Below are positions 48,420-60,700 of a DNA stretch of 64,000 nucleotides, piece by piece (position 1 is the stretch's first letter; each line of letters begins with the position of its first letter). The stretch is from assembly GCF_036321535.1 (NCBI RefSeq), contig NC_087447.1, positions 52,826,001 to 52,890,000 on the forward strand, read 5' to 3'. The translations under genes and the position numbers were made by a program. Origin of the DNA: Camelus dromedarius (lineage: Eukaryota). The notes below the pieces were generated by a model that saw only the letters and a program-made list of their open reading frames with translations, ran no database searches and was not told where the DNA came from.

Positions 48420-50171
48420 CTTTGAGATGTCACTTTTCAGCACCTTTGTTCCTGAGTGGCAAAAACCTGTAGCTGTCTTTGAAGCTGACCCCAGTGTGGT
48501 CCCCAAAGGGTTACAGAGGGAAGCTGGAATCCTGGAACTTCTGCAGTTAGCTCTGCTTAGGTTGCAAGCATCCGTGGTGGAGAATTCACCCAGCAACGTG
48601 TTGCACACCCAAAGGGCCAAATCTTCCCTTGTCTGAGAGACACAGTACAAGTTGCCCTGGGGCTGGTGGCCCATTCACTGGGATGTTTCCCAGGCTGTCC
48701 CTGGGGGGTAGTTTTAAGGCAGTGAGCAAGGTAGAGATCTGAGGGTGATTAGGCTTCTCTCTGAAGGCTGAGGAAAGAGCCTTGGTCTTGGGGAAAAGAT
48801 CTCTGGCCCCCATCAGCTGTGTGATCTCAGGCTAGTCACTTTACCTCTCTGAGCCTGTTCCTCACCATAAAGTTGGATAATGGCAGTCATCCTGCCTTCC
48901 CCAGGGAGCTATCATGAGGCTCCCATGAGCTAATGAATGAGTACACATTTTGTAAAGTATAAAGCGCTGCAGAAATTTAAATGCTTTTTATTATTGTTGT
49001 TCTCATGATCGTAATTTTTATGCCCCACTAATGCTCATCTTACAACTCATCAGCATTAAGAAGAATAAGCTCTAAGTGGTTGAAATCTTGTTTCTCCCTC
49101 GTGCGTGAATTTAAGGTGTACTTGTGGGAAATCAATATTACTGTTTCAAGAGGCCTTTATCAAGCCCCCTGCTTCTGCCCCACCTGCTCCTTTAAGCCTG
49201 GCAGGCCCTGCCCTACAAAAGAGGCTGGCAAAGCCAGAGTTGGTCCTGTTGGGACCTACCCCCTATGTCCCGCCCTTGCACCCCACACCCTGCTCCATTC
49301 CTGCAACTCCCCATTGTCTTGAAAGGCAGGAACCGGTCTTCCTTCCTGAGTCAGAGCAGCTTCTCTGAGGGTAGCCCAGTGCACCCCAGTGTGCCTCCAT
49401 CTTGTGGATTCCTCTCCCCTCGCCTGGCTTCCCCCATCCTCAGCCTTGGTCTCTTGGGTTCCCCCTGGTGGCAGGTCCTGGCCAGGCCCACTGGACTGAC
49501 CTCCAGGAGGTCCTATAGCTGGGGAAGCCATCCATCACCCATTTGGGAACTGGCTCCTCTGACCTGCAGATTTCCCCATCCGTGGAGGCTGCGGAGACCG
49601 CTGGCCGCAGGTGCCTGAGGGAGGAGCGAGGGCGGCTCCAGGGAAAGGCAGCCATCTCACCACCTGTGCTCGACTTGGCAGCCATCATAATCTTGTTACA
49701 ACCTGATCAGCGTTCTTAGGCTGGCTCTGACCAGAAGCTCTGTTCCTCCCATGGCACACTGCCCCTTCTTGCTCCTTGCTCGGCCTCCGTCCCCTCTCTG
49801 AATCCAGGGGTAGGCTTCCCGGATTTGGCTCCCACGCCTACTCTACGAGGAGCTTTCATTGCAGTTTTACAGATGAAGAAACTGAGGGCCGGATATTAAA
49901 TGACTTGTCTGAGGCCTGAGGGCTCTCGGAGTGGTGGAGCCAGAAGGTGGCTCAAAGTCGTGCTCTTTCCGTCCCAATACACTGCCTCTTCTTTGATTTT
50001 ACAAAAATGTTAGTCTTGGCCTCTGCCTTCAGGGAGCTTAGGCCCTAATGGAACAGACATGCACATAAACAAATACCTACTACAAATGAGAGAATGGAGA
50101 CATGCATCCATACCTCTGAAAATACAAAAGAGCTAGTTATCAAATTTTCTCGAAGAGCTGTTGGTAGTGAC

Positions 50172-50195
50172 GGTGGTGGTGGTAGTGGTGGTGGT

Positions 50196-50240
<45 letters not shown>

Positions 50241-50242
50241 TG
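50172..50242. repeat. (GGT)n-(GT)n compound microsatellite
   Basis: Read directly from sequence. Confidence 0.95.
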
Positions 50243-52007
50243 AGATACAACTTTTATAAGAAGAAGCTGTGGCGAAGCAGCTTCATCAGTGTTTTCCAGA
50301 GGTCAGAAAGTCCAGAGAGCAAATACAAAGTTCATGGGCCACAACTCCCCCAGCCCTACCAAGGGCAGACATCACTAATCAGTCTTTCCCAGTGAACCCA
50401 GATCTGGCTTCAAAATCCTTTGCAACAAAGAATCCAGGGGACTATAGCTTTTAATTGAGGCTGGCAGCCAAGAGAGCATTTTCAGCTATTCCACAGTATT
50501 AGACAAAATGTGTGTTTTCTAGAAGAAGAAAGAAACTTGGAGAAGAGAGTGACTTCTGTAGCTCCCTACAGTGGAAGAACACCCAAAGTCCCACCAGGCT
50601 CTGCTGCTCTGAGTGATTCTTCTTATCTCCTGTACATTAAAGAACCAGCCGTTATTGACTTCCTGCTAGTTGGCACTTAACGAGACATGAACAGGGAATA
50701 CGGCCTTCTTCTCCTTCTCACAGCTACCAGTGAGGTAGTCATGATTATTGCCATTTTACAGAAGACAAAACTGAGGCTCAGAAACATAAATAACTTGCTC
50801 AAGGTCACACAGCCAAGAGGCGATAAAACCGATACCTGTGTTCAGGTCTGTATCACTCCCAAGCCAATTTATTGTTTTCTTCTTCTAAACTTATTACAAA
50901 ATGTTTAAAAATTTTAAAGCTGTCAGATGAATACAGTGCACACCCTTGTCACTATTCCCCAGATAGGACATGAAACAAAGCCCTTTTTATTTTTGCAGAA
51001 CACCTTACTGCCCTTTGTCGCACATAAAAAGAGGGATTTAATACAGTAATTGAGCAATGTTGAACATTTCTCAATGAAGCCTGCTTTTAGTGGAGTTTTA
51101 AAATTGAAATTGAAATCATCTCTTCGGATAGTTCGGCGACTGCAGCCAGGGAAGTCTGCAATGCGCAGACCCGCTCGTCTGAGGAGTAATTTAATGCTAC
51201 AGACATAGATCTCCATTTCTCTTTTTTACCTTTAATCAATTTTAACAAGCCAGATGGTCATTGCAAATGGGTCCTCTAGCATCTCTCTTTTCTGCCTCTG
51301 CTGCTCTCGGGCATTTATTTAAATTTGGTTCCAGGCAACAATCTTATTCCTTCCTGTTCTCGACCATTCCTTGCTGCCGCTGTGGGTCACTCCGTAATCT
51401 TTGTAACTACATCTTCTCCAGCCCCTCGATTGGAATTAACCTTTCTTTCTCTACAATCTCCCCCAGCACATGGTAACCCGAGTAAAGCTTTCCTTTCGTT
51501 AGTTATTTCTGTGTGTAATTTCCCCATTAGACCCAGGCTTGCTCATCTATAACCTGCGTAGCAGTAATTATCGTAACTGCTAATGCTTTACAATTACCAA
51601 GCACTTTTCCTAGGCAGAATATTATTCAATACCTACAATATCTCTGAGATAAGTATTTTTTAATGTATTCAGTCTTATAAATATGGCCATGGAGCCTCAG
51701 AGAGGGGAGGCAACTTGCCCAAAGTCACACAGTTAGCTCGTTGTAAGGTACAGGAGCAAATTTAGTGCCCCTGCCCTGCAACTAGACTATAGAGTATTCT
51801 ACACATAGTTTAAAAAACTGAGATTGAGTACAATGTAACCAAACTCCCAGTCATCAGTTCCCTTATTCGGTAAATATTTATTGTGCTCTTGTATTCCAGG
51901 AACTGTACTGGGCTCTAGGGAAGCAGTCGTGAATAAGGCAGAGGAGGGCTTTGTCTCATGGGGCTTAAAGTGTAATAGAGAGTAAGCAAGTAATCAAATA
52001 AACAAAA

Positions 52008-52470
52008 TCTGGTAGGCTGAATAACACCCTCCCCCAAGATGTTTACATCCCAATCCTCAAAACTGGTGGATGTTAACTCACATGAGGAGAAGGACTTTGC
52101 AGACTGGATTAAGTTAAGGATTTTGAGTTGAAGGATGAACCTGGCTTACCTGGGTGGACCCAATGTAATAACCAGAGTTCTTAAGAAAGCGGAGCTAGAA
52201 TCAGAGTCAGGGGTGGTGCAACGACCAAAACAAGAGGTTGGACTAATGTGATGAAAGACTGAAGAGGGCCACGAGCCAAGAAATGAGGGCAGCTTCCAGG
52301 AGCTGGAAAAGGTAAGGAAATGGATCCCCACTCAGAACCTCCAGAAGGAACGCAGTCCTGCTGACCCATCTGAAACTTCTGACTTCCAGGACTATAAGAA
52401 AATAATCTATGTTGCTTTAAGCCACTAAGATTGTGGTAATGTGTTACAGTAGCAATTGGAAACTAATACA
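52008..52470 (+). mobile_element. MLT1D-like MaLR solo LTR
   Basis: tggtaggctgaataa...ggactttgcaga...ggccacgagccaagaaatg...ggaaactaataca. Confidence 0.9.
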
Positions 52471-52749
52471 CAAGGTAATGACAGCTTATGAGCAGAGCTA
52501 TGAAAAAAAGAAGCATCTTGATCATGTAACAACTGGAGGACTCTCTGAGGAGCGGGTGAGAGTGGACCAGTGCAAGGAAGAGCATTCCAGGCAGAGGAAT
52601 AGTAGGCGCAAAGGCCCAGAGGAAGCACCACAATGAGGAACAAAGACAGGCCAGTGTGGCTAGACACTGGTGAAATGAGGCTGGAGTTAGGCTGCAGTTG
52701 GATCACACCAGGCCTATCGGCCATGGCAAGGGGTGTGGGAGTTTTTGCC

Positions 52750-52912
52750 TTTTTTTTTTTTTTTTTTGTATTTATCTTATTTTTTACAATTGAGTATAGT
52801 CAATTTACAATGTTGTGTTAGTTTCTGTTGTACAGCATAGTGATTCAGTTATACGTACACATATATTCCTTTTCATATTCTTTTTCATTATAGGCTATTA
52901 CAAGGTATTGAA
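52750..52912 (-). mobile_element. Artiodactyl-type L1 3' end
   Basis: poly-T then gtatagtcaatttacaatgttgtgttagtttctg...ctattacaaggtattgaata. Confidence 0.9.
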
Positions 52913-53603
52913 TACATGGACTTTTGACTACAAGAAATGGGAAGCTCTTGAAGGATTTTAAACATTGCATTGTGTTGTCTGACGTTTCCAGCAGGACCAA
53001 GACCCTTCCTCCGTGTGGGGGAGAACTTAAGCCCAGTCAAGACCAACCCATCCTCCAGATTAGCCCTCCTGTGCTCTGCTAGGTTCTTAGAACAGGTCCA
53101 GTCTTCATTAGGAAGCATCAGGTTTCCTTCCTGCCAGCCTGGCTCCAGTTCTGTAGGGGCAGGTGCCCCGATGTGAACGGTGGGCAGCAGACTTCGCTGT
53201 CACCTCGGGTGTGATTTATTACAGCGAGGGAGGACTGAAGAGTGATGTGCACGGGAACTCAGCATTACTGAGCTTAGAAATGCCCTTGCCAAGGGGAGGG
53301 ACTTATCATTTGAAGTATGTATAATTTTTATTTTTTATTTTTTTTAACATGAAGTATGTATAATTATTTTGCTTACTTTAGCTTTCGTCTTTAGACTGTA
53401 AGCTCTGTGAAATCAGGGACCATCTGTACTTTTCTCCCTGTATTTCCAGTGCTTGCATGCAATAAGTACTCTACAGGAACTTGTTAAAGCATGGGGTCAG
53501 TAATTTAGCTCACCTTTTATAGGTAACAGAAACAGGAAGAGGACTAATGAGCAGTGAAATACAAATATCAAAACAACCTACAGTCAATTCTGCTGAAATG
53601 CCT

Positions 53604-53790
53604 TTTCTTTCCCTTATTTCCTTCCTTCCTTCCTCTCCCCCAGCTCCTTTCTCTATTTCTCTCTCTCCCTCCTTTCCTCCTTCCTTTTCTCTCTCTCTCT
53701 TTCTTTCTTTTAATGGAGATACTGGGGGTTGAACCCAAGATCTCAGATTTGCTAAGCATATGCTGTACCACTGAGCTATACCCTTTCCCC
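53604..53790 (-). mobile_element. Camelid tRNA-derived SINE (Vic-1 type) whose tail has become a CT-rich microsatellite
   Basis: tactgggggttgaacccaagatc...gctaagcatatgctgtaccactgagctataccc; TSD tgaaatgcct (53594) / tgaaatgctt (53791). Confidence 0.85.
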
Positions 53791-54129
53791 TGAAATGCTT
53801 ATTTTGAAAGCAGGAATTTGTTCTAAGGCAATTTATAGGAGGGACAATGTAAACATACCTACTTTCCCCAGTGAAAAACACTAAGTGAATGCCCAGATCC
53901 CAGCTGAACGGAGCCACATGAGAAGACACGAAAGGTACTCACAACATGTACATCAAACATCTGCCAGCTATCTTAGTCCACACACATCCACATCTGGGTT
54001 CCAAATCTCTATCCAGTTTCAGATCCTTCTTCACAGTACCTCAAGGTTCTGATGCCCACCTCCATAAGCAAACTCCAGGTCTTTTTCAAGGTAAAGGTAA
54101 AGGGCTATACTTATTATGGTATTTATGCA

Positions 54130-54345
54130 TGTAACCATTTTTCTATATTTAAAACTGTGCTGCCATTTTTATTAGATTCCCATTTTTTTTTTTTTAGCTG
54201 TGTCATTGATTGGTGAAGTTTTTGAATGTTGTGGCCTTAACTCCATTTCTACCATAAACCTGGGGGGGGGGCGGTTTAATGAATGATTTTGGATAGCACA
54301 GTGATTTTCAGACCACATATGTGGTGTTAGATTATAACTGATTGT
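54130..54345. mobile_element. Possible ancient Tigger-like DNA transposon fragment
   Basis: ggatagcacagtgattttcag...ataactgattgta terminus. Confidence 0.35.
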
Positions 54346-54659
54346 ACTTTCTTCTGTCTACAACACCAGGCAAACAAGAAAACACACAGTGATTAGCAAG
54401 GAATTGACATGAAACCAGTGAGCACTGGGAGTGCTTCATAGTGTCCTTCTGGTATATAGGACACCACGCTTATTATCTACTTGTTTATTTTTCAACCATC
54501 CTTCCATCTATTTATTTGTTCTAGGCATTCTATCAAATGCCTATGATGTGTCAAGTCCCGAAATAAACCCTGGTGATACAGCAGAGAACAGATTTAAAGT
54601 CTTAGGAAGCCTTAACATTGGTAGAAAATAATAATATATAAATAAGAAATAATGAGAGC

Positions 54660-55028
54660 TGCAGTCAACCAAGTGTTTATGACCCCCTCCAAATTCATAT
54701 TTTGAGATTATGCCCCCAAGCATGATGGTATCTGCAGGTGGGGCTCTGGGGAGGTGATGAGGTCACGAGGGTGGCGCCGTCATGAAAGGGATTAGTGCCC
54801 TCTTAAAGGAGCCCCCAGAGAGCTCCCTTCTTACTTTAGTCATGTGAGGACACAGTGAGAGGATGACTGTCTGTGAACCAGGAAGCAGTCCCTCAACAGA
54901 CACCGAGTTTGTGAGCACCGTAACCTTGGGCTTCCTGCCTCCGGAACTGTGAGAAATACATTTCTGTTGTTTATAAGCCACCCGGTCTATGGCACGTCGT
55001 TGCAGCAGCCCCCAGCTGACTAAAACGA
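54660..55028 (+). mobile_element. MLT1A-like MaLR solo LTR
   Basis: caaattcatattttgaga...gggattagtgccctc...gaactgtgagaaatacatttctgttgtttataagccaccc. Confidence 0.9.
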
Positions 55029-56049
55029 TAATCAATCTTTATTACAGGCTTTCTTCGTTCTAGACACTATGATCAGCACTTTAAATACATGATTTTATTT
55101 AACCCTTTCAATACTCGGTGGTCACTGGCAGGCATTACCAATACGTGGGGCAGGCATTATTACTCTCCCTGTGGTTACAGAGGCTTAACAGCAATTTGCT
55201 CCCAGGCAGTCTGACCCCATAGCCTGTGATCCTGAGTGACACTGTTGACACCTGTCTGCCCCGCCTCTGCTTGATCACCTTTGGTGGTGGGGAACACCTT
55301 GCCTCTCAAAGCAGCCTGTTCTATCTTTGGTAGGATATCAAAGGGGTAAAAAATCCATCTTAATAGCTGGCACTAAAATTCACTGTAGGGGAGTATTGAA
55401 TCTATTTAAGAAAATACATCAGGAAGCCACCACCTTTGGTGGTGCAAAGGAAGATGAGGGATAGAGTGAAAAGACACCAAGTTACACTGTTTTGCTTAAG
55501 CTTTTCATAGGAAACTATGGGTTGGGGCAGAGGAGAGGAGGATGAAGAAGAGAGAGAAGGTTCTGTGCAAGCTGGTGGAGTACCAGTGTCCAGGGGGAGT
55601 GGCCAGCGAGGGGGACTTATGGGTGAGGGGCTACAGGTTTTCAAAGGCTGAGGAGGCAAATGTTTCCATTTACATAGTTTGCTTTGCTGCGATGGAAGCC
55701 CTTTCCCTGTCCCAGACCTCCTCCGTAGAGTCTGGGGCACACCTGGGGGAAGATCAAAGCTGACGGGTCAGGTGTCAGACTGGGCTGGAATGGAGCATAC
55801 CTGGGAAGGAAAGACCCCTGCACCTGCCAGCTAAGTGATGGCCAGTCACTCCTGGTCTTCTTCTGCCAGTAGAGGGACAGGAGAGCCACTGTTGGGAGTG
55901 GAGGAAATCAGAACTGGCTATGCAGTGAAGACGCGAGTTCCCGGGAATTTGCAGCCATCTGGAGAAGGCTGGGTTTGGGCTGGGAGCTCCATTTTTACAG
56001 GTCCATTTTTATGTAATTCTCAAAGGAAACTCAGATGGCCTCAGGGTTA

Positions 56050-56510
56050 CAGTTGTTAGGAGCAAGGCTCTCAAATAGGGAAACTTGGGTCTGACTCCCT
56101 GTTTGGCCATTTAATGGGTGACCTTGGACAATTTGCTTAACCTGCCTGCACCTCAGTTTTTTTCATCTACAAATTGAAGATAAACTTCCCTACCTCGCAG
56201 GGTTATTTTAGGGTTATTTTGAGAACTGAACATACATAAAATGTTTAGCATAATGTCTGGCGTAATAATCAACCAATTGTTGTGGTTATAACTAACTCTA
56301 ATGGCATGGTAGAAATAGCATAAGTTTTGTACTGGTTGAGACTGGGGTTCAAGATCCACTTCCATTACTTATTACATCTGTGTACCTGAGCCAGTGACTG
56401 AACATCTCTGGTTCTCAGTGAAATGGGGAATTAGCCTGGCAGGGCTGTGAGGATTAAATTACATAATAGAATCTGCTCACCACTCTGGTAGGCATGTAAC
56501 AGGTACCCAA
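56050..56510 (+). mobile_element. Two tandem MIR SINEs
   Basis: gaccttggacaatttgcttaacc...cctcagttttttcatct; second copy gggttcaagatcc...gctgtgaggattaaat. Confidence 0.75.
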
Positions 56511-58959
56511 GATCAGTGCCAAGGCGAATCCATATGATGCCTTTTTGTGAATTAGGCTTTAACTTGGAAGACCCAGCCCTCCATATAGGTTTCAGCAGCA
56601 CTCACCACCCTGGCCTGGGGGCTTTTGTGCAGTGTGCAACTGGCACATCTGTACGATGCAGGCTGCCAATGATGGGTGGCTGTTAGGGCTGTGCTGATTA
56701 GTATTCTTCTGCCTCTGACTTGCCCCCTTTGTTCTGGCGCAAGACTGTTCCACATTTGGAAGAAAGCACCTGAGCCCCTCCCTAATCTTCTCTCTCCTGG
56801 ATCCAGCTGCCCTCCTTCTTGGGACCTGCTTTCCCCATCCTACTCTTTCCCTTCCTATCCTCCTCCTCTAGTCCTCCCTTCCCCCATCCCAGGATCCTGG
56901 CCACCCCTTCCTGTGCGGCCGGCCCGCTGGCTTAAAGACCACTCAGCTGGGAGGCTGGATCCAGCACCTCCCTCCAGCCTCCCAGGCCCAGCCTGGGTTC
57001 TGGAACAGCCTCAGCCGAGATAATCTCGTGTTTAATTGCCAACAGCAGTCAGGAGGAAGCAGATGATCACGGCCCAGAAAGGGCGAGAATCCCCGGTGGG
57101 GCAGTGGGTTGGCTGCAGAGCCATCGAAGGCTATTTTTAGTGCTGGACACAGAGGTTCCAGGGGAAAGTGCTGGGCTCCAAGGGGCCTGCCTGTGACTTT
57201 CAACCCCAGCCCTTTGTGGTGCCTCTTCCTCCACAGGCGAGGGAGCCAGGCTGCTCTTGGTGGAAGCTGTCCCTCTGCTGGAGGCCAAGGTGGGCCTGGA
57301 CGGACTACAGTTGCTGGTGCTTTGTGGGGGGGTGGGGGGTGGAGTTAGGTGTTAACTCACTGCCAACAATTAGCGCCAGGGGCCCAGCTCTTGTATGGAT
57401 CCCACTTTGCAGGAGAGAGAACTGGGCCTCAGAAGCATGAAATGACTTCCTTAAGGCTTTTCTGCAGGGAGTTCTCATGGTCGCCATCTTTGCTGCCACT
57501 TCCTCAGAGCATTTAGTCAGCAGGGTAGTGAGGGGTGCAGCCAGGAACCTTGAGTTTGCCTCCCCACCTCTGACTGGTGTGTGACCTGGGACAAGGTCCC
57601 TATCCTCTCTGAGTCCCAGGTTCCCCCCTGTGAGGTGGGGGCAGAGAGAGTTACCACGTTGTGTTGCTGGGAACCAAAGAAGGGAAAGCATGGAGAGCTC
57701 TGACAGGCATGCCTGGCCTACAAGAAGTACTCCGGAAATGCTGCCAGGCCCTCTACCAGCACTGGACATGCATCCCAGCCAATATTCATAGTAACATAGC
57801 AAGGCATTCTCTGCTCCATTTTTCAGATATGGAAACTGAGTCCTAGACATGGATTCAATTTCTAAAGCTGGGAAGGGTAGGAGAGGGGCCTTGAGCTCAG
57901 GGCTCTGCCCTCCCAGATCTAAGATCTTCCTTCCATGTACACTGGGACTTCCTGTGTGCTGTGTCCCTTGGGAATTTGAGCAGCAGGGCAAGGTGTAAAG
58001 AGAATGAAGTGTGTGTGTGCACATGGGAGTGTATGACATGTTAGCAAAGTTGGTGGGGAGAGAGAAGAAAGAACTGTAAGCCAGAGCTCTGGTTAACAAG
58101 GATCTAACTCCCCTTTCCTCCCTCCTGGCTCCCAGGGTGTCCTTGAGACAAATGATGCCCCAGAGTCATCCAGAGTGACCCCCCAGCCCCTCCATGGAAT
58201 TACTCTCACATCCTGCCTGTGCTCAGTGCATCCTGAGGGGCTGTCAAAGCCAAGGGCTCTCCCTTCGCGGCTGGTCTGCCAGAGTCCAGGGCTGCCCCCA
58301 CGGCCTGGTCCTGGGATGATCTGCTACCCCCAGGGCTTGGTATTTGCTGTCTCTCTCAGCCCCACCCTCTTCGCTCTGCCCTGACCATTTCTCCTCTAAA
58401 TAGCTCTTACGTGCACCCTTTCCTCTCTACCCCAATGCCACCACCCCCAATTTAAACCTGCTTCTTTCAGCAGGACCATTGCCACAGCCTCTTCACTGGT
58501 CTCCCTGGCACAGGTCTGGGCCTCACCCCTAACCCACAGGGGCTGCCCCAGAGTGTGAATGTCACGGGGTCACCTCCCTCCTACATCCCAGCGTGAGCTT
58601 CCCAGGCCAACAACATCTTGATCTTCAAGTTCTTTCCTCAGTCTCATCTGAGTTCCACCCCGCCCCAAATACCTCAGTGGAGAAGCCCAAAGTTCCCAAA
58701 GGTGAGTCCCCAGAAAACAGACTTTTGGGAGGAGGAGCAGGGCAGAACATTCGAAGAGGAATTCAGCCTGGGAAAAATACCAGGAAAATACTGAGAATGA
58801 GGTTCAGCAGGTTTATTTGTTGCAGGACTTCACAGAGCCTTTTTTATGCTAATTTATGATTCAACTTATGCTAATTTAATTTATGACAAATTTATTCATG
58901 AGGCAAAAGCCCTCCAGCAGATCCCTGGCAAGGTAGCCCTGAAAACAGTATGAACTCTT

Positions 58960-59180
58960 AGTTTTAGCAGTAGCTGACACTAACACAGCACTTACTACAT
59001 GCCAGGGGCTGATCCCTGTGCTCTGTTATAGTCACTCATTTACTCCCCAGCACTCTGGGAGGCAGGTGCTACCATCATCCTCATCTTACAGACAAGGACA
59101 CTGAGGTACAGAGAAGTGACGTGACCTGCCTGCATTCACCCAGCTAGTCAGCTGGGGAGCTGGGATTCCAGCCCAGACAT
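58960..59180 (-). mobile_element. MIR SINE
   Basis: agcacttactacatgccagg...catcttacagacaaggacactgaggtacagagaagt. Confidence 0.85.
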
Positions 59181-59468
59181 CCTCCAAAACCAGCACTTGT
59201 GATTTCGCTAGACCCCAACTTTCAGGACTTCTTAAGTACTTGGCATTGTGATGAGCGCCCTTGGTGCGTTCTTTCCTTTAATCCTCACAACAGCCCCACG
59301 GTTATTATTGAGGAAACAGAAATGAGGAGTGCCCACACGGAGCCAAGGGTGCTGAGGTGGGACTCGAAGCCAGGTCCTCCTGTGAATCGTGCATCACCAG
59401 CCCATCTTGCTCTGCAGAGAACAAGAAATCCTTTAAACAAGGGGCATCCCGGGGCTCCAGGGTCGGTG

Positions 59469-59951
59469 TGACAGAGGTGGAAACTGACTCCCCTGGAGCT
59501 AAAACTGTCTGCTGCTTCTTTCTAAGAAGCCTTGCAGTCTGCTTTCTCTCCCTCACTGCTTTTGTGCTCAGTCACCCCCAAACTTCTCCCTACATTCTTT
59601 ACAATAGTTTTAACCCAGAGGCTATGCTCCCAGAGGAAGGTAATGGGCTGATAATCTCAGAAGAATGGACAGGCCCCCTCTGAGGTTCCCCCATGATGCC
59701 AGAAAGATTCATCATGGTTAAGGGGAATGTACCAGCTCCCTGATTGTTATCATCTTTTCTGTTCCATCCAGTTTTTTCCGATAAAACTTCAAGACCCCAA
59801 CCTGAAGGTGGACTCACCATCTCTAAGGCATGAGCCTGTTGTGACTCCCCTTTGCCGGACAAAGCAATAAAGCTGCTCTTTTCTATCCTCCCAAGACTCT
59901 TCCTCTGAGTCTCAGTCCTTTTTAGGGTTATAGACTGGTTTTGCGGCAACA
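59469..59951 (+). mobile_element. ERV1-class solo LTR (483 bp)
   Basis: TG...CA termini; perfect 4-bp TSD GGTG (59465-59468 / 59952-59955); TATA-like gataaaa ~59780; AATAAA 59866-59871. Confidence 0.85.
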
Positions 59952-60254
59952 GGTGCTCCGTAAAATACCTGCTGGGAAATGCTTCTCTGGCATTCACCTG
60001 GAAATAGTCACTGTCAGCAAATTACATCATCCTGTTTTCTGCCACCACGATTTTGTGCTGTCCCCTCTCACCTGGTGTGCAGTCTCTCTACTCAGTCCTC
60101 CTGACACCAGGGAAGAGCTAAAATGAGGTCATATCTCTGGTTTTTCCAGACTTTTCCTTTCATAGCAGCTGTTCCCTTATCTGCGCGTCCTATGAAAATA
60201 CTGTGCAGTGATGTTTTGTTTCAGTAGAGATCCCTCCCTTCAATCACTTTCTCC

Positions 60255-60700
60255 CTCATTCATTCATTCTTTCATCCATTCACTCAGGAAGTATTTATTG
60301 ATCAACTACTGAGTGCAGGGCACTGTGCTAGGTCCTGGGGGGTACAGAAGTGAACAAAACAGAGGATGTAGCCCCTCAGGAATCTCACAGGATAGTGGGA
60401 GAAGACAGATACCAGGCCCAATAAAAAACCTGTATTTAGCATTTTTAAAGGGACAGGCTAGGGAGGGCTGGGAGTGGGAAGGACTGCAATTTTACACGGA
60501 ATGCTAGAGAAGGTCAGCCTGAGGCTGCGACCATTGAGCAAAGACCTGGCAGAGGTGAGGGAGCCAGCCAGGAAGATGCCCTGGAGGAGGGTCACAGGCA
60601 GATGGAGGGAGGGGACGCAGAGGCTGCAGCAGGAGGCCCCTGTGGCTGTGGGGTGGAGAGGGGCAGTGGGGTAAGGAGGGGAGGGCAGGGTAGCAGAGAT
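60255..60700 (-). mobile_element. L2 3' fragment
   Basis: cattcattcattc...tatttattga...ggcactgtgctaggtcctggg. Confidence 0.8.

Larger units (their letters stand above)
51860..52980 (-). mobile_element. L2 fragment split by an MLT1 LTR and an L1 3' end
   Basis: taaatatttattgtgc...ctgtactgggctctaggg (tail end); gagcattccaggcagagg...gatcacaccaggcc; resumes ggaagctcttgaaggattttaaac. Confidence 0.75.

Noticed and set aside
48094..48674. 180-aa (+) and 133-aa (-) ORFs
   Set aside because: Largely translation of the CT-rich low-complexity tract; no recognisable domain
53715..53790. tRNA-like A/B boxes (also at 46060-46130)
   Set aside because: These are heads of tRNA-derived SINEs with tails and TSDs, not tRNA genes
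57305..58099. 264-aa minus-strand ORF, the longest outside the island
   Set aside because: Non-ATG start, runs through MIR-derived sequence, no recognisable protein similarity
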